The translations under genes were made by a program, and so were the position numbers. A stretch of 64,000 bases of DNA from Octopus vulgaris. Its lineage: Eukaryota. The stretch spans positions 22,134,001-22,198,000 of the forward strand of contig OX597837.1 in NCBI GenBank assembly GCA_951406725.2, written 5' to 3'. The notes beneath the pieces are model-generated. The model did not search any database, was not told the DNA's origin, and saw only the letters and a program-made list of their open reading frames with translations. Each line of letters opens with the position of its first letter. Position 1 is the stretch's first letter. Below, in pieces: positions 51,271 to 64,000 of this stretch.

Positions 51271-51994
51271 AGAAAGAACTACAACCCTATGATTATTCTC
51301 AAACTCATGTCCCTCGCTCACAGCACACCCATGAAGAAGAGGCTATTTTGAACCTGCTGTTTCCTGAAGTGACATCACTTCCCCTCACTTCTGGCCTCTC
51401 ATCCTTCCTGCCCACTTTCTTCACACTGAGAGCTGGAGAGGAAACATCAACCTCAGTGCAATGGATAGTGGGGAGGTGTCAGTCCATTGGCCTGCACTGT
51501 TTTGAGTGGAGGAAGACTGGAAGGGGCTAGTGATACCCCTCAAAGGTCAACTGTGGGCCAGGGCAAATAGCAATATGGAGAAAGATCAGGGCAGAGACTG
51601 CAGCCAAAATTGCAGAAATGCTGAATACTGTAGGTTGCATAAGCAACTGCACATACTCTGTGCAACAGAAACATGTGTCGGTCATTTTAACTAACTAATT
51701 ATGCTGTATATTATTGACTGTTAAATTAAAAGAAAAAATTTGAAGATGTACCAGTCTCCGTATTTTTGTAGGCAGGGTTGTTGATCCTGTGCAAATCCAT
51801 TTTCACCTCTGTGAAGAGGTAGCTCACGTTAGTCTGGCCTCTTTCCCTTGACCAATGTGTATATTTGTGTCTATCTATCTGTCTGCCTGCTTGCCTGTCT
51901 GTTTGAATACATATATATGTGTGTGTGTGTATGTGTGTGTGTGTGTGTATATATATATATGTCTGTCTGCCTGTCCCACTGTCTGTCTGAATAC

Positions 51995-52026
<32 letters not shown>

Positions 52027-52041
52027 ATGTATATCTGTCTG

Positions 52042-52106
<65 letters not shown>

Positions 52107-52655
52107 GTGTGTGTGTGCGTGTGTGTGCGTGCATGTGTGTGTAGGCATGTGTGTGTGTGTTTGTGTATGTGTTTATATGTAAGTATGTTCTATATACATT
52201 CATATATGTTAATGTAATGTGCCATGAAAAAAGCATTGGTGTGGGCACTGATGCCACATAAAAAGAACTGGTCATGGTACCACATAAAAAGCAGCCAGTA
52301 CACTCTATAAAGTGGTTGGCATTAAGAAGGGCATCCAGCAGTAGAAACCAAGCCAAAATAGAATATGGAACCAGAGGTGGCTCCTAGCCTTACCAGTTCC
52401 TGTCAAGCTGTCCATCCCATGCCAGCATGGAAAATGGGCATTAAATGGTGGTGGTAGTGGTACTGCTGATGTTATGTGTAATGCATGTCTATATAGAATT
52501 GTACGCTAGCTTAGGCCAGTGCATCCATGAAGATAAATGCAAAGTACCCACAAGTGATCAATTAGAGGCAATAAAATGTATTAATTATTTGCCACTAACT
52601 CTGATGTCTGATATGTAGTGTTGCCTCAGACTTAACATTGACAAGATTTACTTAA

Positions 52656-52875
52656 CCCTTTAGCATTCAAACCGGCCATATCCGGCCAAAATATTTAACC
52701 TGTTTTATATTGAAACTGACCAGATCTTGCCTCTTACCTCAGCCCTACCATGTCATTCTAAAACTAAAAAATCACATCACTGAAATCTCTAAACTACAAG
52801 ATAATGCATGATTAATTCACAACAATATAAACAAACAAATATCACATTTGACAGAATAATCTGAACACTAAAGGG
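52656..52875. mobile_element. piggyBac-like MITE
   Basis: TTAA|CCCTTTAG...CTAAAGGG|TTAA. Confidence 0.8.
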
Positions 52876-53358
52876 TTAAATCTTTCTCTATTGTGACTAG
52901 AGAAATTTTTTACATTTACCATTTTAATATTTAAGTAAATTCCTTGCCCTGTCATATCACAGTTGTTATATTTGTTGACATAACATTGTCTGAATGCTAT
53001 TATAAAACTTACAGTTTTCTGTACTTGTTATGCAATCTCTGATGATTTGGTGATAAAATTTGTTTCTAAGTTATTCCTGTACATAACAGATATTATTGTA
53101 AATGAAATATATATATATATATATATATATTTCTTTACTACTCACAAGGGGCTAAACACAGAGGGGACAAACAAGGACAGACAAACGGATTAAGTCGATT
53201 ACATCGACCCCAGTGCGTAACTGGTACTTAATTTATCGACCCCGAAAGGATGAAAGGCAAAGTCGACCTCGACGGAATTTGAACTCAGAACGAAACGGCA
53301 GACGAAATACGGCTACGCATTTCGCCCGACGTGCTAACGTTTCTGCCAGCTCGCCGCC

Positions 53359-53447
<89 letters not shown>

Positions 53448-54149
53448 TGTGCATGTACCTAATGTGTCAGTCTCAGAGCATTTAGTATCAAAGCCCAGCC
53501 CAGCCCAGCCCCGCAATGTATGCCCTATCTCTCAACGCTATAATGAGCATTCCAGCTATCAAACTCATTACATCAGTTGAAAAATGCAGTCAAAAATTAT
53601 AATGAAGTTGCCAACATGAAATCTCGTTTTAGGGTTAACTAATAGGCATTCTGTCGCTTAAGATGACCGGGGTTCCAGTTGATCCAATCAACACAATAGC
53701 CTACTCATGAAATTAGAGTACTCGGAAGATACAGCATGACACAGAAAGTGACAGGGCTGGCCCTTTCAATTACAAGTACAACTCATTTTTGTCAGCTGAG
53801 TGGACTGGAGCAATGTAGAATAAAGTGTCTTGCTCAAGGAAGCAACGAGTTGCTAGGAATCAAACTCACAACCACCAGCCGAATACCCTAACTGCTAAGC
53901 CATGCACCTTCACAGTTTTATGGTTATGTATAAGTCCAAATAAATCAGGCAAAATTTGAAGTGATTCACACCAAATCCTGTGACCAGTCATAAACACCCT
54001 ATGACCCCCATGTCTCCACTGCTATGTTTTGAGAGCAGTTGAGAAAAGTCAATAATGGTCAAAACTCCATAGGTGCCAAAAGGTTTAAGTAATGTATATA
54101 TATATAAATATATATATATATATAGATATATATACATATACATATATAT

Positions 54150-54272
<123 letters not shown>

Positions 54273-54721
54273 AGGCATGTCTGTGTTTGTCCCCTTAGCA
54301 TTGCTTGACAACCGATGCTGGTGTGTTTACGTCCCTGTCACTTAGCGGTTCGGCAAAGAGACCGATAGAATAAGTACTGGGCTTACAAAGAATAAGTCCC
54401 GGGGTCGATTTGCTCGACTAAAAGGCGGTGCTCCAGCATGGCCAGTCAAATGACTGAAACAAGTAAAAGAGTAAAAGAGTAAGGCAGTGAACTAGAAGAA
54501 TCATTAGCAAGGCGCGATATTTTGTCCGTCTTCATCATTTTCTGTCTTAGATGTGTCATCATCTGTATTTATTATCAACTTTTCATATTTTTTGTTGGAT
54601 TAAGAAATTTTGTCCAAGTCTTTCAGAATTTGTGTGGAGTCCACAAATTTTAGTAGACGAGGTGATTGCTTAGTTGCCTTGTTTGTGGCATTGAACCTGT
54701 ATGTAATATAAGGTTACTTAC

Positions 54722-54777
54722 CGATTTCTTTGTGTCCCAAAAGGGGCACCTTTGAATTTCTTCAAATCCCTGAGCAT
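54722..54777 (-). CDS. CIMAP2: CIMAP2/LEXM-like gene, coding exon 1 (MLRDLKKFKGAPFGTQRN-R)
   Basis: ATG at 54777, donor CG|gtaagt, phase 2. FKGAPFG matches the recalled N-terminal FKGAPFG...RFDVS motif of LEXM/C1orf177. Confidence 0.85.
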
Positions 54778-55067
54778 TTCTTTATCTGTGTATCTCTCTT
54801 CTCTCTTCTTTGTTTCTCTCTTTTCTTCTGTTGTGTGTGTGTGTGTGTGTGTGTGTGTCTCCCTCTCTGTTTTCTTCTCTATTCCACCATTTTTAGTAGC
54901 TGTGCTTGCAACAGAAGTTCAGGATCAACACTTAAACGCCAGTAACAGTCAAATCAAAATCTACAACGACAGGAAGACAAAATAAAAACAGAAGAATTAA
55001 TCAAATAGTTCTTTTTCTGTGATAGGCCTCAGGCCTGAAATTTTTAGGGTGGGGCCTAGTTGATAAC

Positions 55068-55375
55068 GGAGGCACATGGCCTAGTAGTTAGAGCAGCGGA
55101 CTCGCAGTTGAGGGATTGCGGGTTTGAATCTCAGACCAGGCGATGTGTGTGTTTATGAGCGAAACACCTAAGCTCCACACGGCTCTGGCAGAAGGTAATG
55201 GTGAACCTCTGCTGACTCTTTCGCCACAACTTTCTCTCACTCTTTCCTCCTGCATCTTGCAGCTGAACTGCGACCGACCGGCGTCCTGGCGTCCCGTCCA
55301 GGTGGAGAACCTATACGCCAAGGAAACTGGGAAACCGGCCCTTATGAGCCAGGCATGGCTTGAGAAGGAACAAAC
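55068..55375 (+). mobile_element. tRNA-derived SINE family C; other copies near 25631, 40113 and 43260
   Basis: GGAGGCACATGGCCTAGTAGTTAGAGC head and GGTTTGAATC B box. Confidence 0.75.
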
Positions 55376-56874
55376 TAGTTGATAACATGAACCCCAGTGC
55401 TTGACACCCCAAAAGGATGACAAGCAAAGTCAGCCCTGGCAGAATTTGAACTCACAGCATGAAGACAGACAAAATGCTGCTAAGCAATTTGTTCTATGTG
55501 GTAATGATTCTGCTAGCTCGTCACCTTCAATTAGTTAAATAATCAATTATACTGTGTGATACAATTTTTGTCTTTGTATTGCAACTGTTTATTTCCTATT
55601 CGCTTGTCCCTAGAAAGTATGAAAAATGGCTACTATTTTCTTCAAACTTTGCTTTTCTTATATTTATTCAAATCCCCCGAAATCCCTCTCGACACATGCT
55701 TATGATCAGAGATGCACATATTGTCAGCTACTAAGGAACATGTTCAAGTGGTTAAGTTAAGTAATTGGCAAGCAAATTTGTGGTATTGAGCAGAATATTT
55801 GCTATATTTCTTGTTCAGCAACTCAGTACTGAATCTGTCTGAAATGTACTGGGAAATAGGTCAGTTTCAAAACATTGATGTCCAAGTCACCAAAGCAAAG
55901 TTTGAAAGGAATAGTGGTCATTGCCTTTGATTTCTAGATAGAAGCAAATAGGAAATAACACTTACTACCCAAAAACAAATATGTATATATATATATATAT
56001 ATATAAAAATGTAATACAGTGTTATCAAAGTAGAGTATCTGGTATCTAGAATGTTGATAGGCACCTATGATTTTCTACTAATTGGGAAATGCGGTCAGTG
56101 ATACATAAATTCTTGCTTTCAACGGTGGGTAGGTAGTTGGCTAGAAAGAGTGACCACAGCCAACCTTAACTGGGTAAAAGGCACGGCTGCTGTCCATTCT
56201 ACCTGCAATCATGCAGAAGGCTCTCGTATTCAGTGCTCTTCCATTCATAGGTCTAATGATGCCCTTAAACATACGAGGTAGTATCAAAAAGTTCCCAGAC
56301 TAGTTGTATAGCACACCAACAGATGGCAGCATGCAGTTGTGTGTGCAGTGAGAGCAAGCGGTGATCTTCATGATGCAGTATGCTGAGTGACATTGCTGTG
56401 ATTATTTCGCAAATTGTGAAATTTGTGTTTATGTGATCACGCGTCTGCTGTAGTCTGCAATTTCCTCATGGAAAGGAAGTCAGAAGAAAGAGCCAACGTG
56501 AAATTTTGCATTAAACTTGGAGAATCTGCTATAGAGACATTGAACATGTTTCAGCAAGTTTACGGCGACAAAACAATGGGTCATTCGCTATGTTTCAAGT
56601 GGCACGGGCACATGACAGGGTCGCATCTCAGTCAAGAGCACGTTCATTGTTCTTTTCGACATCTATGGGATTGTGCATCAAGAATTCATCCCCCAGGGCC
56701 AGATCGTCAATCGAGAGTTCTACTGCAATGGTTTGAAGTGTTTGAGGGAGGAAATTCAATGAAAGCGACTTAATCTGTGGAGCGTGAAGTATCGGAACCT
56801 TCATGATGACAATTGCATCCTGTCACTGAGTTCTCACTCGCGAGTTTCTCACCAAAAACAACATGTTATCATTT

Positions 56875-57287
56875 TGTAGTGACGCTACTGTGTAAGTTTC
56901 AGCGCACATGTGCAGAATTGGATTACTTCTGGTTGGCCACTGGAAGTTTCCTCATGTGCATGCGCAGGAACTGCAACCTGAAAGCGTGACCACTGAATCG
57001 GTCTTTTCTGGCAGAGCAGCGCTAGCAATCGGACTTGACTTGACTTCTCTCAACGAACACCGTATCTTCTTGGCTCACACGAGTGAACATTGTTAACAGT
57101 CCTGTGGACTCGGCTGTCGGTTTCCCCACAAGAAATACATATGTATATGTTTTACCTGTGAACCGCAGAATAAACTACTATTGTTGTCATTGAAGACAGC
57201 CTGACTTTGATTCCGTTTCTTCAACTTGTATGTGACAAGATCAGATTGGACACCCCTCCAGTGTTCCTGAACTCTCATCCTGTTACA
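56875..57287 (+). mobile_element. solo LTR
   Basis: TGTA...TACA ends, 4-bp TSD ATTT, internal AATAAA; interrupts the mariner frame. Confidence 0.7.
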
Positions 57288-57579
57288 ATTTCTACATTCG
57301 CCCTATTCACCAGATTTAGCATCTACAGACTTCTATCTCTTCCCCAAGATGGAAATGTTGCTCAAATGTTACCGTTTTAACACTATTGTCAAGATCCAGA
57401 GTGAATCGTAGACAGTCCTCGACTTGCTTATAGAAAACGACATCCATGTTGGATTCGAAAAGTGGCAAGAATGCTGGGACCGGTGTATTACTGTACAAGG
57501 GGACTATTTCGAAGGAGATAATGTTAAAACTTGGATAAATATGTTTATTTTTTATTAAACATAAACTAGTCCAGGAGTG

Positions 57580-57992
57580 GGATCTTTTCGGTTTGACAGG
57601 CAGTTTTTTCTAGCGGTGTCATATGAAATTGCCACCCATAATTATGACCCTAGTATCGATCTATTGCATTTCAATCTGTTTTAGGGTTAGGGTTAGGGGT
57701 GGGGGAAGGGTATCTTTTTTTCTTCAGAAATGTAAATAAACCCAATCTGTTTCTTAAATGAGGGACATATTCATACAGCACAGAATGTTTTCACCTCAAT
57801 AGACGTCATTAATTGATTGAAATTGCAGAAATTGAAAAAAAACAACAAATATCTTACAAACTATAGAATTTTTTCAATAAAGCCAAGAGAAAACGATGTT
57901 TTATAAACACATTCTACCAGTATATGAAGTTTAAAAGTGTTTAGTTACGTGGAAATTATTTTAAAAAACTGCCGGTCAAACCGAAAAGATCC
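57580..57992. mobile_element. MITE, Merlin-like, opposite-orientation copy inside a mariner end
   Basis: Same TIR; TSD caggagtg/caggaatg. Confidence 0.8.
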
Positions 57993-59487
57993 CAGGAATG
58001 TTTTGATACCATATCAAGTGTGTGCGTGCATGTGTGTGTATACACAAACACGCATACACACACACACACACATATTGTTGTATTTGGGGATGGTCATGTT
58101 GCCAGTTTAGCCAATAAAAACACACGTACTATATATTTGGTGTTAATTTGCTTCAGCTTTATTTTAGTTTTTAGATTAAACGTATTTTGGCCAGAATTCT
58201 TTCATCACACTTCTGTGCCCTCATCAGTGGTCCTTTGCTTTCTTCTTTCTCATTTGTGTGTCTTTCCTCACTAACAATCAGCCATTTTGTATTTTGTATT
58301 CCTATTGTATATGTCTTTATTTGCGCATGCATATACCCCTATGTGTGTTAATATTTAGTAAGCGCATGTGTGTGTGGGGAGGGAGTGCCTGTTTTATCTG
58401 TATTCCCTGTTTCTACATGTTTACTCTTTTACTTGTTTCAGTCATTTGACTGCGGCTATGCTGGAGCACCGCCTTTAGTCGAGCAAATCGACCCCGGGGA
58501 CTTATTCTTTGTAAGCCCAGTACTTATTCTATCGGTCTCTTTTGCCGAACCGCTAAGTGACGGGGACGTAAACACGTCAGCATCGGTTGTCAAGCAATGC
58601 TAGGGGGACAAACACACATATATATATATACGACAGGCTTCTTTCAGTTTCCATCTACCAAATCCACTCACAAGGCATTGGTCGGCCCGGGGCTATAGCA
58701 GAAGACACTTGCCCAAGATGCCACGCAGTGGGACTGAACCCGGAACCATATGGTTGGTTAGCAAGCTACTTACCACACAGCCACTCCTTTTGTTTTTATT
58801 TATTTTGTTCGTGTGTTTATACCTACTTATTATTTTTTATGTATTTAATTTTTTTTTAGTTTTGTTAACGTATATAGTTATTTAATTCCATTTGTTTCTC
58901 TGTGTATTGTATTATATTTTGTTCATATTGTTATCAGTTTATGGGGATCTTATTCTGTCATATGTTGTGGTGTGTTGGGATAATTTGTGGTCCATTCTGG
59001 TTGTTTCTAATATTTTTTCCAATTACGGAGCTTTTCTCTCACTTAGGTGTTTTGAAGATATTCATGTTGCTTCAAGAGTTTGGCATGTTTGACAATTATT
59101 TTCATCACATATATTTGGAATACTGTGAACTTTTTATTTGCTCAATCCCTTTCGATGGCACACGTTGTTGTTTTCCAGTTTTGTTATCCACCTGAATTGC
59201 CTATGTTGAAGTATTTCATTATCATGTGCGCTACAGATATCTCATAGCTGCTTTATCAGAGCGATTTCAACACTATACAACAAGGTATTGATAATCCAGT
59301 ACGTGTTATTACATACTTAAATATAGGCGTAAGAGTGGCTGTGTGGTAAGTAGCTTGCTTATGAACCACATGGTCCGGGTTCAATCCCACTGCGTGACAC
59401 CTTGGGCAAGTGTCTTCTACTATAGCCTCGGGCCGACCAAAGCCTTGTGAGTGGATTTGGTAGACGGAAACTGAAAGAAGCCCGTCG

Positions 59488-59520
<33 letters not shown>

Positions 59521-61308
59521 ATGTGTATATGTTTGTGTGTCTGTGTTTGTCCCCCCAACATCGCTTGACAACTGATGCTGGTGTGTTTACATCCCCGTAA
59601 CTTAGCGGTTCAGCAAAAGAGACCGATAGAATAAGTACTAGGCTCACAAAGAATAAGTCCTGGGGTCGATTTGCTCGACTAAAAAGGTGGTGCTCCAGCA
59701 TGGCCACAGTCAGATGACTGAATTAAGTAAAAGAGTAAAGAGAAAAGAGAGTCTCAAGTGATAACATCAAAACCTTTTAACACTAGATTAGTTGGCTTTA
59801 GTTACTACTCCTGTCAAAATAACCTATTTATTAGTAGCTTAAAAAAATTGGGGAAGAAAAGATTTTCAAGCTTTGATGTTAAATATGTTTAATTTGAATA
59901 CAGTAGAACCTCACAGTACGAGTGCATCATTGTATGAGAAATTTGCTGTATGAGCCGAGACTCGAGCGAATTTTTGTGTTGAAGTACGAACGGAAATCCG
60001 CAGTACGAGCACACAAATTATCCCATTTTTAAGATAATTTAGTTAATAAAACCATTCTCTTTTTTATAACTGTTATTTTACTTGTAACTACACCTTTTCT
60101 GTTTTAAAACTCATAAAAAATTATTTCTAAGTGGCTTTTGGAGGCTGGAATGGATTAATTATATTTTACTCTTTTACTCTTTTACTTGTTTCGGTCATTT
60201 GACTGCGGCCATGCTGGAGCACCGCCTCTAGTCGAGCAACTCGACCCCGGGACTTATTCTTTGTAAGCCCAGTACTTATTCTATCGGTCTCTTTTGTCGA
60301 ACCACTAAGTTACGGGGACATGAACACACCAGCATCGGTTGTCAAGCAATGTTAGGGCGACAAACACAGACACACAAACATACATGCACACATATATATA
60401 TACATATATACGACGGGCTTCTTTCAGTTTTCGTCTACCAAATCCACTCACAAGGCTTTGGTCAGCCCAAGGCTATAATAGAAGACACTTTCCTAAGGTG
60501 CCACGCAGTGGGACTGAACCCGGAACCATGTGGTTGGCAAGCAAGCTACTTACCACACAGCCACTCCTGCACCTATTTTAGTTAATTTTGATGGGGAAAG
60601 TTGATTTCCAAAATGAGTAAATTGTAAGACAAGCTCAGTCATGGAACAAATTACATTTGTGCTGTACATTTAAACTCTGTGTCATCTGTGTTGAATCAGT
60701 TTCATATGATATTCATGGGAGTGGCCTGTTTACATTTTTTCACTTTCTTTTATGGCAAATTTTAGTTGGTTGTAGATGTCCACAAAATCGACTAACTTTA
60801 GAGCAATTGGAATAACAATAGTTATATGCATCAACGGGCATCTTTCTTTGTTTGAAAAGGCAAAGAAAGAAGCCTGTTGTTGAAGAAGTGCTTTAAGTTT
60901 TGGCAAGCTTCGTCCCGGTTATTTTTTAACCACTCCTGTGCAGGTGGCAAGTGAAGAAACACCATTTCGACCCTGTGCTTAAGGAGATCCATTGAGTCAA
61001 GTACACCAACATCAAAATCAATGGAAACTGCAGTTGTGATCCCTGTGCCGGCGTAGACAGGCGTCTGGGGGAGAAGATGAGAGCGGGGAACTGGCTGGTG
61101 TCAGATACATCGTTGTTGGAGACAAGTTGCGCGTGTGCTCAGTGGCGAGTGTCAAAGACCTAGAACAGTCGAGAACTGCCGTACTTATAGGAAATAACTG
61201 GGCTCCCAAAAGCTGGTGATTAATTTCTCATGTAAAGAAATATAAACAGTTGCGCCAACACGATTGGACAGCTGGAAGCTGACCAATACAAACAACAGGC
61301 TTGTTTAA

Positions 61309-61916
61309 TCCTTTAGCATTTAAACCGGCCATATCCGGCCCAAACTTTCTGTTTCTTTTATGTTCAAACCATCTAGATCTGGCCCCTCACTCATATCCTA
61401 CAATGCCATCCTCAAAATAAACCATCTCATCATCAAATTCTCAGAGCTACAAGATAATACAGGATTAATTCAAAACAATGTGAATAGTGACTGTGTGGTA
61501 AGTAGCTTGTTTACGAACCACATGGTCCCGGGTTCAGCCCCACTGCGTGGCACTTTGGGCAAGTGTCTTCTACTATAGCCTCGGGCCGACCAAAGCCTTG
61601 TGAGTGGATTTGGTAGACGGAAACTGAAAGAAGCCAGTCGTATATATGTATATATATATGTGCGCGTGTATGTTTGTGTATCCGTGTTTGTCCCATCCAA
61701 CATCGCTTGACAACCGATGCTGGTGTGTTTATGTCTCCATCACTTAGCAGTTCGGCAAAAGAGACCGATAGAATAAGTACTGGGCTTACAAAGAATAAGT
61801 CCCGGGGTTGAGTTGCTCGATTAAAGGCGGTGCTCCAACATGGCCACAGTCAAATGACTGAAACAAGTAATAGAGTAAAAGAGTATATTTGACAGAGTAA
61901 TCTGAACTCTAAAGGG
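61309..61916. mobile_element. piggyBac-like MITE interrupted by a tRNA-SINE (~61485-61885)
   Basis: Same family as 52656; TTAA flanks. Confidence 0.75.
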
Positions 61917-62766
61917 TTAAACACAAGGTCATGTGATCACTGGAACAAAAAGGCTTTGTGGAGCTGATATTGGAGTATTTAAGCCTAGGTGAGTCAAAAT
62001 GAAAACCTCTTTCACAATGATAATGTAAATCACTTCTGCTACATAATGTTTTCTTTTATTAATTTTATTTAAGCTAAGCTGTTGAGTAACAATGATTCTC
62101 TTCTCTGTAACAGAAATGGGAGCAGATGGTGATTTATGCTTGGCTAGGTCGGCATAACTGTCAAGAACAATGTTTGACAATGCATCTTAAATGATCATCT
62201 ATGCATACACGTCTATTGTCGATGGCAATATATGCATGAATGCATACACACATATATGTATATATATGTATAAATGTATGTATATAGGTATGTATGTATG
62301 TATGTATGTAGGTAGGTAGGTAGGTAGGTAGGTAGGTAGGTTGGTAGGTAGGTTGGTAGGTCGATACGTAGGAAGATAGGTAGGTAGGTGGGTACGTATG
62401 CATATGCATAAAGGTAGGAATGTATGCATATGTACTCGTTTGTACGTGTGCAAGCTTAGATGTCATTGCGTGTGTGGGTGGGCATACTTTAATTTAAGTA
62501 CCGTAAATCCTCGAGTATAATCCGCATTTTTTCCCCCAAATTTAAAGGTCAAAATCTCTAGTGCGTCTTATACACGAGGTTAAAAATGAAAATTATTTTC
62601 TAAGCAACGTCCAAGTCTCTATTTGCTGTCTGGCAATGTTTATTCAAATGCATTTTGTGACGTAGGGCGCGAAAATACCTTAAGCTAAGCCTGAAAGCAA
62701 TGAAGACATAAAAGAATCATCCATAACTTGCAGTAAGCAACATTTATTAAACGTTATATGGTAAAT

Positions 62767-63290
62767 ATTGGGTTGTCCGGAAAGTTCGTGCTGATTTTTA
62801 AAGGAAAGAAAAAGGTCAATAAATACTTGCCATTACATTTTTAATCAACCAAATATGAAACATTTTGTTGCTCAATGCGTCTCCATCTTTCCTTTCACTT
62901 GAATTGAGGTGGTTTCATGGGAAAGAATTCATCAAAGTATCTTTTTACGTCATCCAAGGAATTGAAATTTTTACCTTTAAGACTATTCTGCAGAGACCTG
63001 AATAAGTGGAAATCTGAAGGAGCAGTATCCAGTGAATATGAAGGGTGGGGTAACACATCCCAGCCGAGCTGCAGCAATTTTTGTCTGGTTCCCAAAGCAC
63101 CAAGTGCTGAAAATGAACTTTCTTAACTTCCATTTTAAAGGGTTACCAAATTAACACAGATTATAGGAACATAAACCTTCTTCCACGAAAAGATAGCTTA
63201 AACTGTGCTTTAAATGGAAGTGTAGTCAAATCCTATTTTATGGACTAAACTACGTTCTAAAATAAGTCAAAAGGTAAGCTACTATAAATC
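62767..63290 (-). mobile_element. mariner deletion derivative, same family as 21241
   Basis: WDVLPHPSYSLDTAPSDFHLFRSLQNSL; one TIR present. Confidence 0.85.
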
Positions 63291-63317
63291 AGCGGGTATG
63301 TTGTGTACAAACATATA

Positions 63318-64000
63318 CAATGTACGTACATATGCATGTTATATATGTATGTGTGTATAAATGTACGTATGCATTTAAGGATCGCTGGAGTGACGTTATT
63401 TCATCATCAGTGGCATCATCTGCATATTGAAGTTCAAAATTCTGCGATGTTGATGTCAGAGTTTTCACTTTAAGCCGACGGGTGTTGAAAATACTACAAT
63501 CAAAGCGGTAATGGATACTTATGCCCATTGCCACAACCTACTTGGTCTTGACATCAACATAAAAAAGCCGAGATCATGCAAACGTCTTTTAATCAAAAGC
63601 ATCCAGCAACACAGCTATATATAAACGACACACTTGTCAAACGTTGACTCTTTTAACTACTTAAGCAGTGTCATATCACAAAATGGACATGTCTACGATG
63701 ACATCCTACGACGGATCAACCTCGCCTCTTCTTCCTTTGGACGCTTTCGAGAACGAGTGTTTTTAAACAGAAATTTGAGGCGTGCCATTAAAATTGCTGT
63801 TTATCGTGCCATTGCCATCTCAACTTTACTATATGGCTGCGAATGCTGGACCTTATACCACCATCATGTGAGGAAGCTAGAGTCATTTCTCATCCATTGT
63901 CGCCAACGAATTTTACGCATTACTTGGAAAGATAAGGTCTCTCACACAGAAATTCTCAATCAAGCAGGAATTTCTAGCAAGCAGGAATCTCCAGCAAGCA
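63318..64000. mobile_element. RTE-clade LINE RT fragment with a 5' inversion near 63530
   Basis: Minus strand: FNTRRLK...ELQYADDA. Plus strand: KIAVYRAIAISTLLYGCECWTLY. Confidence 0.8.

Larger units (their letters stand above)
56272..58015 (+). mobile_element. degenerate mariner element hosting a solo LTR and a MITE
   Basis: ERANVKFCIKLGESAIETLNMFQQVYG HTH; TIR-like ends ggtagtatcaaaaagttcc / ggaatgttttgatacc. Confidence 0.75.

Overview
Repeat-rich, AT-rich eukaryotic DNA. The SINE, microsatellite and Penelope content resembles an octopus/cephalopod genome (inference). One protein-coding gene spans most of the window on the minus strand. It has 10 coding exons from 54777 to 1300, reconstructed by hand from GT/AG sites with consistent phases (1149 nt, 382 aa). 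It carries PGPGxY (SHIPPO/PG-rich) repeats and follows CIMAP2/LEXM (C1orf177) motif by motif. The introns contain tRNA-SINEs, CR1, RTE, R4/Dong and L1/Tx1 fragments, mariner, hAT, piggyBac and Merlin-like MITEs, a Helitron, a solo LTR and Penelope-like inverted repeats. Most notable: (i) a full-length U6 copy fused to a LINE/SINE-type 3' stem-loop tail, (ii) several hammerhead ribozyme motifs in palindromic elements, (iii) a composite element with a tRNA head, a hammerhead and a 13-bp TSD, (iv) SINE multimers inserted as single events with a recurrent junction, (v) an 81-bp target-site duplication and (vi) a ~60-bp minisatellite born inside a hAT MITE. Almost all supplied ORFs are microsatellite or SINE artefacts. 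No database searches were run, so family names rest on recalled motifs.
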